64,000 nt of DNA from Ilumatobacteraceae bacterium (GCA_037969115.1 JBBKWQ010000396.1:5422-69421), one strand, 5' to 3'; shown: positions 28,418 through 38,418, counted from the first letter of the stretch. The notes: a model not told the origin generated them from the sequence alone. Translations and numbers: made by a program.

Positions 28418-29146
28418 GTGCGTACCGTCATCGTGATTCCGACCTACAACGAGCGTGAGAACGTCGTGAAGCTCGTTGAGGCCGTGCGCTGCGCGGTTGC
28501 CGATGCCGATGTCCTGGTGGTCGATGACAGCAGCCCGGATGGCACTGGTGAACTCGTGACCGAGATGCGGACGAACGACGACCGGGTCAGGCTGCTCAAT
28601 CGCCCGAAGAAGGAGGGACTGGGCAGCGCGTACCGTGAGGGTTTCGCGAGTGTGCTCGACGCCGGCTACGACCGTGTGGTGTCGATGGATGTCGACTTCT
28701 CGCACGATCCCACGGTGATCCCCGAGATGCTGCGGCTGCTCGATGCCGGAGCCGATGCCGTGATCGGGTCGCGGTACGTGCCCGGAGGATCCACCGTGAA
28801 CTGGCCGGTGCATCGTCGGATCCTGTCACGATGGGGCAACCGGTACACCTCGTTCGTGTTGGGTCTCCAGGTCCGTGACTGCACCTCTGGATTTCGGGCC
28901 TACAGCGCCGGGGCACTGCGTGCGATCTCGCCGTCGACCACGAGCGCGGAAGGATATGCGTTTCTCACCGAACTGGTCCGGCGTCTCGCACGGGGCGGCT
29001 TCCGTATCCTCGAAACACCGATCGTGTTCACCGATCGGGAACACGGATCGTCGAAGATGTCGGGACGGATCGTCGTCGAATCGATGTTCCTGGTGACCCG
29101 ATGGGGTCTCCGAGACGCGATCCGGCGCCGCAAACCGGCGGTCTGA
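28418..29146 (+). CDS. ppm1: Polyprenol-monophosphate mannose synthase-like GT2 (Dpm1/Ppm1 type)
   Basis: VIVIPTYNERENV, VVDDSSPDGTG, KKEGLGSAYREGF, MDVDFSHDP, GSRYVPGGSTVNWP, DCTSGFRAY and EHGSSKM form the near-canonical Ppm1/Dpm1 pattern. GTG start at 28418. Confidence 0.85.
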   Translation: MRTVIVIPTYNERENVVKLVEAVRCAVADADVLVVDDSSPDGTGELVTEMRTNDDRVRLLNRPKKEGLGSAYREGFASVLDAGYDRVVSMDVDFSHDPTVIPEMLRLLDAGADAVIGSRYVPGGSTVNWPVHRRILSRWGNRYTSFVLGLQVRDCTSGFRAYSAGALRAISPSTTSAEGYAFLTELVRRLARGGFRILETPIVFTDREHGSSKMSGRIVVESMFLVTRWGLRDAIRRRKPAV

Positions 29147-29157
29147 CCACCGGGTAC

Positions 29158-31281
29158 TCAGTCCACGGGAGCGCAAGCGCCGACGGGCATGTCGTATCGC
29201 TCGTCGTTGGCCCAGTCGCCACTCGCCCAGGCGATGGGCGACGCCGGTTCAACGCCGTCGAGTCGCTGGTCGAGCTGGTCGGTGAGCCAGTGGGCAAAGC
29301 TCGCAGCGCCGGCGGGGCACACGTGAACTCGATCCCGTTTGCGCTCGGGGGTGCCGTCACCGTCGGCGTCGAGCGTGGGTTCGGTACCCCACAGGGACGA
29401 GGCGTCGACGAACCAGGTCATTGTCGAGTCGACATCGGCGATCTCTCGCGCGATCGCAGCGAGAGTTTCGGTACCGGAATCATCGAGCGCCGTCGGTGGC
29501 GAGCTGACATAGAACACGCGGATCCCGTTCTCACGAATCAGGAAGTGGAAGGCGTCCAGTGCCTCACGTTGTTCCGCACTCGAGTCGTCGGCATCCCAGA
29601 TCGAGAGCTGCAAGATGACGGTGTCGGGCCGGATTCGATCGATCGCGCTGCTCAGTCGACCGACGACGGAGTCGATGTCGTCGCCACCGACGAGCCGTAC
29701 GCCCGGAAACGCTTCGCTCACGGCGTCGACTCCGGCACTGTCGAGCGCTGCCAGCAGACCGGGAGCGAGGTCGTATGCAATCGAATCGCCGAGCCAGAGC
29801 ACCCTGCCGGCGTCGGGCTGCGGCACCACGATCGTCGTGCTCGGAAGAGCAGCGACCGTGGTCGTGGTCGTGGTGAGCGACGTGCTGGCCGCGGAGTTCG
29901 ATGCGTTGTTCGGCGCCATGGTGGAGGCGGTGGCCGAGACCGGCTGGTTGGCGAGCCGAGCCGGGCTTGCCGACCCGGCTGCGGTGTGCACAGGCGCGAG
30001 CGTCGTCGCAGGCGCAGCGATCGATGCGACAGCGATCGTCGTGCTCGGTTGATCCAACGGCGACGTCGTCGTCGTGCCGATCGATGCGGGGTCGAATGCG
30101 GCGATCTCGGTCGTGGGCGCCGGAATGACGAGCAGAACGGCGGCCACCGCCGCAACTGCCTGGACGAGCCTCGGAATCCGACGTGGCCCGAAGGGTGCTG
30201 GTACGGCGAAGCGAACCGGGTTCTCGACGAACCGGAGCGACAGCACCGCACACGCCACCGAAACAGCGATCCGCACGAGCGTGAGGGTCCACCCATCGAC
30301 GCCCATCCGATCGGGCGAAAGGACCACGTACACCGGCCAGTGCCACAGGTACAGGCCGTAGGAGTGCCGGCCGATCCACCGGAGTGACGGTGCGGCCAGC
30401 AGGCCCGCTGCCCGACCGTGAGAACCCGCCGCCAGCAGCGCCACGATCACCGCGCACAGGGCGCTGTGCGCCACCAGTCCACCCCGGTAGAGGACCTGCG
30501 ACGACGCACCGTCGATCGTGAACCACGCGAGGGCGAGAGCTGCCAGCGCGAGCAGGAGGAGTGCATCGACGCGCTCCGGCCGGGCGTCGACCATGCGGCG
30601 TCCCAGACGCACTGCCGGGGCCGTCGCCAGTGCGGCACCGAGCAGGATCGACGATGCACGCGTATCGGTACCCATGTAGACGCGTGTCGGATCGCCGCCG
30701 CCGTAGAGGAGGGCCATCACGGCGACCGACGCAATGGCGCCCGCGACCGCCACGCCCGACAACACGGCGTGCGGTCTGCGTGCGAATCGCCACACGATGA
30801 CCACAACGAGTGGCCACAGCACGTAGAACTGTTCCTCGATGGCCAGGCTCCACAAGTGGTCGAACATGCCGGGCTGCTGGAACGACGCCCAATAGCCGCC
30901 GGACTCGCTGATCTCGAACCAGTTCGAGCCATAGAGCAGTGCCCATGGTCCGCTACGGCGCACCCCGTCGATCTCGGCGGGCGATCCCCAGATCGCGACC
31001 CACACCGACGCGACGGCGATCATCACCAGAACAGCAGGAAGCAGGCGTCTCGCCCTCCGCGTCCAAAACGTCGTGAGCGAGATGCCTCCGCCGTCGGTGT
31101 CGCGCAGGAGCAACGACGTGATGAGGAAGCCCGAGAGCACGAAGAACAGGTCGACACCGAGGAATCCGCCCTGGAGGTGGCCCGCGTGGAACACGAGCAC
31201 GCCGACGACCGCCAGCGCTCGAAGCCCGTCGAGTGGAGCGATGTGCCCCCAGGGGACCGTAGGAGATGTCGAGGCAGCCAT
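29158..31281 (-). CDS. Acyltransferase-3 membrane domain fused to a C-terminal SGNH hydrolase domain (second copy)
   Basis: LDGLRALAVVGVLVFHAGHLQGGFLGVDLFFVLSGFLITSLLL (AT3), a ~100-aa Thr/Ser/Ala/Pro linker, then VLWLGDSIAYD (GDS) and DRVHV (DxxH). 707 aa. Confidence 0.85.
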   Translation of the reverse strand: MAASTSPTVPWGHIAPLDGLRALAVVGVLVFHAGHLQGGFLGVDLFFVLSGFLITSLLLRDTDGGGISLTTFWTRRARRLLPAVLVMIAVASVWVAIWGSPAEIDGVRRSGPWALLYGSNWFEISESGGYWASFQQPGMFDHLWSLAIEEQFYVLWPLVVVIVWRFARRPHAVLSGVAVAGAIASVAVMALLYGGGDPTRVYMGTDTRASSILLGAALATAPAVRLGRRMVDARPERVDALLLLALAALALAWFTIDGASSQVLYRGGLVAHSALCAVIVALLAAGSHGRAAGLLAAPSLRWIGRHSYGLYLWHWPVYVVLSPDRMGVDGWTLTLVRIAVSVACAVLSLRFVENPVRFAVPAPFGPRRIPRLVQAVAAVAAVLLVIPAPTTEIAAFDPASIGTTTTSPLDQPSTTIAVASIAAPATTLAPVHTAAGSASPARLANQPVSATASTMAPNNASNSAASTSLTTTTTTVAALPSTTIVVPQPDAGRVLWLGDSIAYDLAPGLLAALDSAGVDAVSEAFPGVRLVGGDDIDSVVGRLSSAIDRIRPDTVILQLSIWDADDSSAEQREALDAFHFLIRENGIRVFYVSSPPTALDDSGTETLAAIAREIADVDSTMTWFVDASSLWGTEPTLDADGDGTPERKRDRVHVCPAGAASFAHWLTDQLDQRLDGVEPASPIAWASGDWANDERYDMPVGACAPVD

Positions 31282-31296
31282 TGGGGTGAAGGTCGC

Positions 31297-32019
31297 TCAG
31301 TTGAGCGATCGGATGCGATCGCCGACCGACGAATACTTCACGATGCACACCAAAGCGCGAACCCCGTCGCGCCAACCGATCTTCTTGCCCTCTTCATAGG
31401 TCCGACCGTCGTAACTGATGCCGACCTCGAAGAAACGAATGCGGAGCTTGGCGAGCTTCGCGGTGACCTCGGGCTCGAAGCCGAATCGGTCTTCCTGGAG
31501 TTCGATCGACTGGATGATGTCGCGTCGGAACGCCTTGTAGCAGGTCTCCATGTCGGTGAGATTCAAGTCGGTGAACAGGTTCGACAGCAGGGTCAGGAAG
31601 CGGTTGCCCATCGAGTGACGGAAGTAGAGCACCCGATGCGGTCTGCCTGACAGGAACCTCGATCCGTACACGACGTCGGCCCGGTCGTCGATGAGCGGGC
31701 CGATGAGATCGCCGAACTCGGCCGGGTCGTATTCGAGGTCGGCATCCTGCACCACGACGAACTCGGCCGTCGCCAACGAAAAGCCGGTGCGGAGCGCAGC
31801 GCCCTTACCCCTGTTGTGTTCGTGCAGTTCGACTCTGACCCGCGGATCGGTGACCCCGGCGAGCAGATCACGCGTGCCGTCGGTGGATCCGTCGTCGACC
31901 ACGACGATCTCGGCGACCCATGGCGAGCTCAACACGCGTTCGAGGAGGTCGAGCACGGTGGCTCGCTCGTTGAAGCACGGAACGACGACCGTCAGACAAG
32001 GGTGTGGGAAGTCGCTCAC
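31297..32019 (-). CDS. Glycosyltransferase family 2, polyprenyl-phosphate sugar synthase-like
   Basis: [43 protein letters not shown] and VYGSRF are GT2/DPG-synthase-like motifs. The GTG start overlaps the AftD-like stop (GTGA). Confidence 0.85.
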   Translation of the reverse strand: MSDFPHPCLTVVVPCFNERATVLDLLERVLSSPWVAEIVVVDDGSTDGTRDLLAGVTDPRVRVELHEHNRGKGAALRTGFSLATAEFVVVQDADLEYDPAEFGDLIGPLIDDRADVVYGSRFLSGRPHRVLYFRHSMGNRFLTLLSNLFTDLNLTDMETCYKAFRRDIIQSIELQEDRFGFEPEVTAKLAKLRIRFFEVGISYDGRTYEEGKKIGWRDGVRALVCIVKYSSVGDRIRSLN

Positions 32020-35000
32020 GACTTCGCAATGTTATCGGCGCCGACGGCGCGCGATGCGGTGGTGTCGGCCGCTCCGAGCGTGCACGCGAGCAGCACGATG
32101 CTGGCGATGCCCCAGCGATGGAGGTCTTCGAACGTTGATGGCCACGCACCGCTCGGGAACGGGTCGTACCGAACGACGCGGTTGAACATGGTGAGGGTCA
32201 TGAAGGACCAGACGGCCAAGGCGAGCCATCCGGCGAGGCGCGGGCGAAACGCCGTCGCGAGCACGACGATCGTGAGAGCCGCGGCGAAGCGTCCCTGGCC
32301 GAAGACCTGGCCACCGGCGAGCAGCACCGCCGCGAGCGCAACTGCGCGTCGTCCGTTCGAGGTCGTCGGCGGGTCGTGCCATGGCACCCGTGCGAAGCGC
32401 GGCGTTCGGGCCCGTGTGACCTTCTGGGGCGAACGGTCGATCAGGGCGATGGCGATGCATCCGATGATCGACATCGCCGAGATCACCAGCGCGATCGTCA
32501 CCGGCGTCTGGGCGCCCCACCGGAACTCGATGGTGCGCTGATCGCCGCTCGGTGGCAGCCACCAGCCGTTGAACCCGCCATCGACCAGCGATCCCGCACC
32601 AACGTCGGTTCCGTCGACTGCTGCGGTCCAACCGCTGTTCAGACCCTCTCCGAGGACGATCCAGCAGCCGATCGGGCATGGGCCGACCGTGACTGTGCGT
32701 CCCGTTCTGGTCTGAGCGATGACGCCGGCCGAGATCGCCCGGGGGGCCGATTCGACCGACTCGCCGATCGTGCCGATCACGATCCGGTCGACGTCGAGCC
32801 CGGTGTCGAGCCCGTCGATCGACGACACGGTCACTTCACCGACGCCGAAAAGCCCCTCCAGAGCACCATCGGTCGTGCCGCGATCGCACGTGGCGACAAC
32901 GACCGGTTCGCCGGCCAGGAACGACTCGACGTCGAGGTCCGGAACCTCGACCCGAAGCTCGGCGTCGCCGATGTGACCCACGGCCACGCAGCCGCCCGAC
33001 CAGCCTGCCGGGAGTGGCTCGGCCGCGAGCGATGCGCCCGTGAGTTCGGCAACAGCGGCAGGCAGCGCGACGACCTCGGCGGAACGCCGATCTCTGGTGG
33101 TGCGCACATCGGCCTCGAGAATCGTCATCGTGAGGGAGTCGCCGACTTCGATGCCCTGCGTGTCGACGAGCTGGCTTCCATCGGCGGCGGGTTCGGGCAG
33201 CGTCACGTCGATCGTGTCGTCGAGGCCGTCGATACGAACCGAACGGATCACTGAGTAGTCGCCACTCGGCTGCACGAGCGTGAGTGGCGTGAGTGGTCCC
33301 GGCGTGGTGGGCACCTTGAGCGCAGGTCCGATCGGGCGGCCGAACGGTGTGGTCCATGCGGTCTTCTCGTCGTGGTCGACGGCCGCCCAGCCACCGGCAG
33401 CCGGCACACCGATGAGTCGCTCACTCGCCGTCGCGGTCGATGAGCCGAACAGGGCGGCGGTCACGGTGTCGTCCGCTCGGGCCGAGAGCCGAATCGTGAC
33501 TGCGTCCACGGTCGAGGGCGCCGGCACCGTGATCGTTCTGGCGAGCGTCGGCTCGGGATCACTGCGCCAACGGTTCATCGGGTTGGCTCGCCAGCGGGTG
33601 AGCACCGTGTCGACTCGCTCGACGCCGTCGGCGACCTCGAACCAGTCGATCGGCGGGCGGACGAGCTCGGTCGACGGCCCGAGTTCGGTACTGATCTCGG
33701 CGAAACCCACACCGTCGGGTCCGGTTGCTACGAGTCCGTCGCCACTTCCGAGCTGCTCGGCCACGGTGACGATCGAGACTCGAACGGAGCGGGCGGGCAC
33801 AGCGAGATCGATGTGTTGGCCGGCGCCTGTTCGCGACGTGTCGTCCAAGTCGACCCGTAGCGGTGCACCATCGTCGGCTTCGATGTCGACGCTGGTGATC
33901 CATCGATTCGGGGTCGATCCGGTCGCACCTGAGCCGGGCTGCAACAGGGTCACCGTGGCGAACGCGGTGTCCGACCTGAGTTCGATCGCCTCGCCGGTCG
34001 GATCGAACCGGTCGGCGACCTTCCAGGCGGTGCGGATGTCTCCGTCGATCGCCATCGCGGCCCGGTGTTCCGGCCGGTAGGCGAACGGCTCGCCGTAGTC
34101 GGTGGCGTAGGCCCGGACCTGTCCGACTTGGACGGCGACGGTTTGGTGATCGTCGTCGTCGTGGTCGAACACGTCGATGCGCTGATCGGCGCTGTCGAAG
34201 TCGAGCAACGCTGCGCCGCTCGCATCTTCGGTGAACCCACGGGTGTCCTGGCTGCCCCTCCACTGACGCGCCTGATCGCGGTTCGAGTCGGTCACGACGA
34301 GCCGCCCCGGTCGCGCTGCCTCGGGGAGCTCTGCGGTGTAGACGATGAGGTCGGTGCCGTCGATCAGCCCGGCGACGGAGGCATCGATGACGCCGTCTCC
34401 GCTCCCCGCGATGGCCGTCACCTGGTCCTTCGCCCTGATCACACCGATCGGTGAGGTGACCGGGACGAGCCAGACGGGTTCGACGGGTACACCCACGCCG
34501 ACCGCACCGAGTGAAGTTTCGTCGATCGACTCGAGCTGCACCGCCTCGACGACGGCGGCATCGCCGAACGCGACCGGATCACCGAGGCCTGCAACGTCGT
34601 CTCGGAGTTGCTGAGCCACCACATCCGGCCGAGGCGTGCGGAATCGATCGAACCACGCATCGTTGGTGAGCCAGACCGAATCGGCTCCGAGTAGACGCGC
34701 CGCCGGGGCGATCGCGGCTGGTTCGAGTACGCCGTCCTGGAAGCGGTCGTCGAGCGCGTACAAGAGGTCCATCGCTGCGGGGCTGCCGAGCGGTAGCAGA
34801 TCGCGAGTCACCAACGGGCGTTCGGTGAGGCCGGGAAGTGGTGGATCAACCGTGTAGCCCCACGTGAATGCACCGAACTCAGAACCCGGGAGCTGCAGGA
34901 CGCGGTAGCCGGTCGGTCGATCGTCGAGCGTGGCTGCGGCGTCAGACCAGGCCTGCGGTGGCTGCTCGTCTCTGGTCAGCACCGGGTCGACGAAGCCACC

Positions 35001-36260
35001 GGTGAACATCACGGGCAGGTTGGCGACTGCCAAGACGATGAGCCCGCCAGCCGGGTACCAACGGCGACCACTCGGGAGACGCCGGCTCGTCGCGGCCACC
35101 AGCGCACCGGCGCCGAGTGCCAGGCCGAGCACCGACATCGGCAGAGCACGTGCGCTGCTGCGAAGTGCGAGCGACCATGTCGAACGTGACGACTCGGCGA
35201 ACGGGCTCAGGAGTGGATGCGGGTCATCGATGGGATGGACACCGATCGCCAGGAAGGTGCCAACCACGACCAGCAAGATCGCGAACCCACGGTCTCGGAA
35301 TCGGACCGCGACGAGCCCGACGAAACCGGCCGCAGTGAGCGCAGCGCTGGTGACCACGAGGATGCCCGACGACATGTATGCCTCGGCAGCCGAGGTGGTG
35401 AAACCGATCGGGTCGCGGACGTAGAAGAGCCAGTAGCCCATGCCGCGGAGCGTCTCCATGCTGTTCGACGTGAGCGAGACCGCCTCGAGCGTTTCGCTGA
35501 AACCGAGCACGTTGGCGCCGTATCGGCCCTGCACCGACAGCATCACGATCCACCACAGCGAGACCGGGATACACAGAGCGGCGACGCGTGCGATCGTGGC
35601 GGCGACGCGTCTCCACGTCACTTGCCCACCGACGGCGGAATGCAAAAGCCACAGCAGGGGGGCCGGCACGATCATCGCTGTAGCGGTCGCGTTCGGGGCG
35701 CTGACCGTAGCCACGGCCAATGCCAAAATCGCAGCGTGCCGCCACTTCGAGACCGTTGCAGCCTTGATCGTGAGCCCGATGATCCATCCGAGACCGGCAA
35801 ACGGCAGCAACATCAACGACGTGCGCGACAGATACGGCAGCACGTAGGGCGAAAGCTGGTACACCGCCCCGACCGCCACGGCAGCGCCGCTCGCGTACCG
35901 CTCTCCGCCGATTCCGAGCATTCCGGCCAGCCATCGCGCACCGAGGCCGGCGACGAACAGCAGCGTCCCGATCCAGAGTCGGTGGGCGATCCAGTCGGGC
36001 ACCTGCAACACGTCGAACAGCCAGAACCACGGTCCGGACGGCCAGAGATAACTGATGGTCTGATGGGGAACCCATCCGGCGAACTGGCGCCCGTCGAACG
36101 TGTACGGGGCGTCGGAGATGAGTCGGCCCGGGTCGAGATACAGGTACAACTTGGTGTCGGCCGGCATTCGGCCCCATCCGGCGGTCAGCGCCGGCAGGTA
36201 GGCCAGACAGGCGAGCACCACGAGTCCCGTCGACGGTCGGCGCCAACGGGTCGCGATCAC
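32016..36260 (-). CDS. aftD: Alpha-(1->3)-arabinofuranosyltransferase AftD-like GT-C protein (DUF3367 family), 1414 aa
   Basis: N-terminus [37 protein letters not shown]...[16 protein letters not shown] (motif at ~36129-36161) is the family hallmark. A ~900-aa soluble region carries two discoidin-like segments ([30 protein letters not shown]). There is also a C-terminal TM cluster. The GTG 36260 start forms a GTGA overlap with the upstream gene. The 1977-aa ORF-track entry is an upstream read-through artefact. Confidence 0.85.
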   Translation of the reverse strand: MIATRWRRPSTGLVVLACLAYLPALTAGWGRMPADTKLYLYLDPGRLISDAPYTFDGRQFAGWVPHQTISYLWPSGPWFWLFDVLQVPDWIAHRLWIGTLLFVAGLGARWLAGMLGIGGERYASGAAVAVGAVYQLSPYVLPYLSRTSLMLLPFAGLGWIIGLTIKAATVSKWRHAAILALAVATVSAPNATATAMIVPAPLLWLLHSAVGGQVTWRRVAATIARVAALCIPVSLWWIVMLSVQGRYGANVLGFSETLEAVSLTSNSMETLRGMGYWLFYVRDPIGFTTSAAEAYMSSGILVVTSAALTAAGFVGLVAVRFRDRGFAILLVVVGTFLAIGVHPIDDPHPLLSPFAESSRSTWSLALRSSARALPMSVLGLALGAGALVAATSRRLPSGRRWYPAGGLIVLAVANLPVMFTGGFVDPVLTRDEQPPQAWSDAAATLDDRPTGYRVLQLPGSEFGAFTWGYTVDPPLPGLTERPLVTRDLLPLGSPAAMDLLYALDDRFQDGVLEPAAIAPAARLLGADSVWLTNDAWFDRFRTPRPDVVAQQLRDDVAGLGDPVAFGDAAVVEAVQLESIDETSLGAVGVGVPVEPVWLVPVTSPIGVIRAKDQVTAIAGSGDGVIDASVAGLIDGTDLIVYTAELPEAARPGRLVVTDSNRDQARQWRGSQDTRGFTEDASGAALLDFDSADQRIDVFDHDDDDHQTVAVQVGQVRAYATDYGEPFAYRPEHRAAMAIDGDIRTAWKVADRFDPTGEAIELRSDTAFATVTLLQPGSGATGSTPNRWITSVDIEADDGAPLRVDLDDTSRTGAGQHIDLAVPARSVRVSIVTVAEQLGSGDGLVATGPDGVGFAEISTELGPSTELVRPPIDWFEVADGVERVDTVLTRWRANPMNRWRSDPEPTLARTITVPAPSTVDAVTIRLSARADDTVTAALFGSSTATASERLIGVPAAGGWAAVDHDEKTAWTTPFGRPIGPALKVPTTPGPLTPLTLVQPSGDYSVIRSVRIDGLDDTIDVTLPEPAADGSQLVDTQGIEVGDSLTMTILEADVRTTRDRRSAEVVALPAAVAELTGASLAAEPLPAGWSGGCVAVGHIGDAELRVEVPDLDVESFLAGEPVVVATCDRGTTDGALEGLFGVGEVTVSSIDGLDTGLDVDRIVIGTIGESVESAPRAISAGVIAQTRTGRTVTVGPCPIGCWIVLGEGLNSGWTAAVDGTDVGAGSLVDGGFNGWWLPPSGDQRTIEFRWGAQTPVTIALVISAMSIIGCIAIALIDRSPQKVTRARTPRFARVPWHDPPTTSNGRRAVALAAVLLAGGQVFGQGRFAAALTIVVLATAFRPRLAGWLALAVWSFMTLTMFNRVVRYDPFPSGAWPSTFEDLHRWGIASIVLLACTLGAADTTASRAVGADNIAKS

Positions 36261-37480
36261 GGAATGGCCCCGAAGACTCCGTACAGACCGGTGAGTACCG
36301 CCAGCCCGGCGCCGCACGTGACGAGGTACATGTCCCACCCGAATCGGTCGCGTCGAGGCCACCAAGCGGCAACCGGAATGAACAGCGGGAACGCCGTGAA
36401 CAGGAATCGCGGCCGAGCCGTCACCGTTGCCGGCAACAGCATCAGCACGATCACGACCAGAACGTACGCGAGGATCGGCAGCGGAAGGGGGCGTTTCCAT
36501 GCGCACCAGAGGCCACCGAACATTGCGAGCAATGACACCACGGTCAGTGCGTCGGTGGGCGAGGTGAGCGGCTCCGAGAGGAACGACAGTGTGGTGCGCA
36601 CCGCGGTGCCTCCGAAGCTGGTGCCTTCGGACCACGCCTCGCTCTGGATACGGAACCAGACTCCCTGTTCGCCAGTGCGCCGACCGAGCCAGTATTGGAA
36701 ACCGATGAAACCGATCGGGCTGAGCGCCGGGGCGATGAGAGCCTTCCAGTCCCGGCGATCGATGATCGCGATCGCCGCAGCGACGGCGCAGGCGGCAATG
36801 AGCGCGACCCCGTTCGGGCGAGTCGCCGTGCCGATGGCCGCCGCGATACCGGCGAGCAGCCAACGCTCGTCGTGCAACAGGAGCAGGCAGGCAGCGGCTG
36901 CCACGATGAGGGTGGCCTCGGAGTATGCGAACGACAAGACGTACGACCCCGGGAAGACAGCGAACAGGATCATCGCTCGTACTGCGGTATCCATGTCGGA
37001 CAGACGAAGCGCCAACTTGCCGACCAACACGATGGCGATCAGTGACAGCACCAGATTCGTGAGGAGTGCGGCGAATGTGTCGCCGCCGGGCAATACGAAG
37101 TTGACCGTCCGGACCAACATCGGGAAGACAGGGAAGAATGCGCCGCTCGCCTCGACCTGCTCGTAGGTGATGTTCGGCGGGATGAATCGCGGGTACCCGC
37201 TTCGCGCAACCTCCATGTACCATCGCCCGTCCCACGACATCAACACGTCGGTGATGAGTCCGACCGCATTGTCGGGTCGCGGTTCGCCTGCCTTGTTCGA
37301 GTCGACGACCTGCTGCGTCGCCTGTACACCGGCACCGGCGATGACACACAGTCGGGCGACGAAGAACGCGACGAACCCGTAGGCGACACCGCGTCGCCAG
37401 CTGATCTGTTCCGGGGTGTTGGCGGCGACTGCGAGGGAGACTTCGGTCGTCGGGGAAGAATCGGCGCTCACGTTCACCAT
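36257..37480 (-). CDS. GT-C-type membrane glycosyltransferase (PIG-V/mannosyltransferase-like)
   Basis: 407 aa and polytopic. WDGRWYMEVARSGYP...AFFPVFPMLVR resembles bacterial PIG-V-type mannosyltransferases. The family assignment is from memory and moderately certain. Confidence 0.7.
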   Translation of the reverse strand: MVNVSADSSPTTEVSLAVAANTPEQISWRRGVAYGFVAFFVARLCVIAGAGVQATQQVVDSNKAGEPRPDNAVGLITDVLMSWDGRWYMEVARSGYPRFIPPNITYEQVEASGAFFPVFPMLVRTVNFVLPGGDTFAALLTNLVLSLIAIVLVGKLALRLSDMDTAVRAMILFAVFPGSYVLSFAYSEATLIVAAAACLLLLHDERWLLAGIAAAIGTATRPNGVALIAACAVAAAIAIIDRRDWKALIAPALSPIGFIGFQYWLGRRTGEQGVWFRIQSEAWSEGTSFGGTAVRTTLSFLSEPLTSPTDALTVVSLLAMFGGLWCAWKRPLPLPILAYVLVVIVLMLLPATVTARPRFLFTAFPLFIPVAAWWPRRDRFGWDMYLVTCGAGLAVLTGLYGVFGAIP

Positions 37481-38418
37481 CGATGCATCGGAAGGACAGG
37501 CTTTCGCGGTCCGAACCTCGGCGCCCCGTGACCGCTTCGTCCGAGTGCGTTGATGACCCTCCCGCGTTGCCCACGATAGGGCTCGAGAAGCTCCAACATG
37601 CGGTCATCCGTGCCCCTGGGCTCTTTGGCGAGAGCCCAGGCGACGGTGTTCGGAAAGTGAAAGTCGCCGACCGGGACGCTGTCGGGATCACCGAGTGCGG
37701 TCGCGAGGGTCGATCCGATCGTCCAGGCACCGATACCGGGCAGGTGCGCGAGCCGTTGGGCGATCTGTTCGCTCGGTAGCTCGGACCACTGCCACAATCG
37801 ATCGGCGATGCGGGCGATCTGATTGAGGGCGCGCGCTCGTTTGGTCTCGATACCGAGGGGGTGGAACCACCAGGCCGGACGGTTGGCGAGTGTTTCCGGA
37901 GACGGGGGGAGGCGGAGCCCCTCGAACGGGCCCGGTGCCGACTCACCAAGTTCGGTGCAGAGTCGAGACCACTGCCGCATCGCCTCTCCGGCCGTGATCC
38001 GTTGGGCGATGATCACTGGGAGCATGTCGTGATAAATCGTGCCGCTGGCGCCGAACCGCGTGGTGCGGTACGCCTGCAGCGCAGCTGCGACGACCGGTTG
38101 CGCGTCTGGGAACACCGGAGGTGTGTCGTGATCGCCACACAACGAACCCACGCGGTCGAGCAACCAGTCACCACCGGGGCCCCAGGCCATCGCCGACCGA
38201 CCAGCCCTTGCAGTGGTGGCGGGGTCGGCCGACCACGTGATGTGGATCGTGCCGGGACCGTCGGGTGTGTACGAAGCGCGAATGAACTCACGGTCGTTCA
38301 CGCGGGTCGTGAGGTCGAACCGCCCGGTCTGGAACGCGGCGAGCGTGTGCCGGAGGGATGTGATCACGGCTTCGCAGCTGGGGGTGCCCGGGACGGTCGA
38401 CGCGGGCGTCTGCTTCAC
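37474..38418 (-). CDS. DNA-3-methyladenine glycosylase II family (AlkA-like, HhH-GPD)
   Basis: Helix-hairpin-helix LPGIGAWTIGSTLATALGDPDSVPVGDFHF with a catalytic Asp. 314 aa. The stop overlaps the next gene's ATG by 7 nt. Confidence 0.8.
   Translation of the reverse strand: MKQTPASTVPGTPSCEAVITSLRHTLAAFQTGRFDLTTRVNDREFIRASYTPDGPGTIHITWSADPATTARAGRSAMAWGPGGDWLLDRVGSLCGDHDTPPVFPDAQPVVAAALQAYRTTRFGASGTIYHDMLPVIIAQRITAGEAMRQWSRLCTELGESAPGPFEGLRLPPSPETLANRPAWWFHPLGIETKRARALNQIARIADRLWQWSELPSEQIAQRLAHLPGIGAWTIGSTLATALGDPDSVPVGDFHFPNTVAWALAKEPRGTDDRMLELLEPYRGQRGRVINALGRSGHGAPRFGPRKPVLPMHRW

Noticed and set aside
32016-37949. 1977-aa ORF-track entry read as a single giant protein
   Set aside because: Its first ~563 residues are Arg/Pro/Gly-rich low-complexity sequence. 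They overlap, in another frame, the well-formed 407-aa GT-C gene (36257-37480) and the AlkA-like gene. The family-typical N-terminus begins right after GTG 36260, which forms a GTGA overlap with the upstream stop. That gives a 1414-aa AftD-sized protein.
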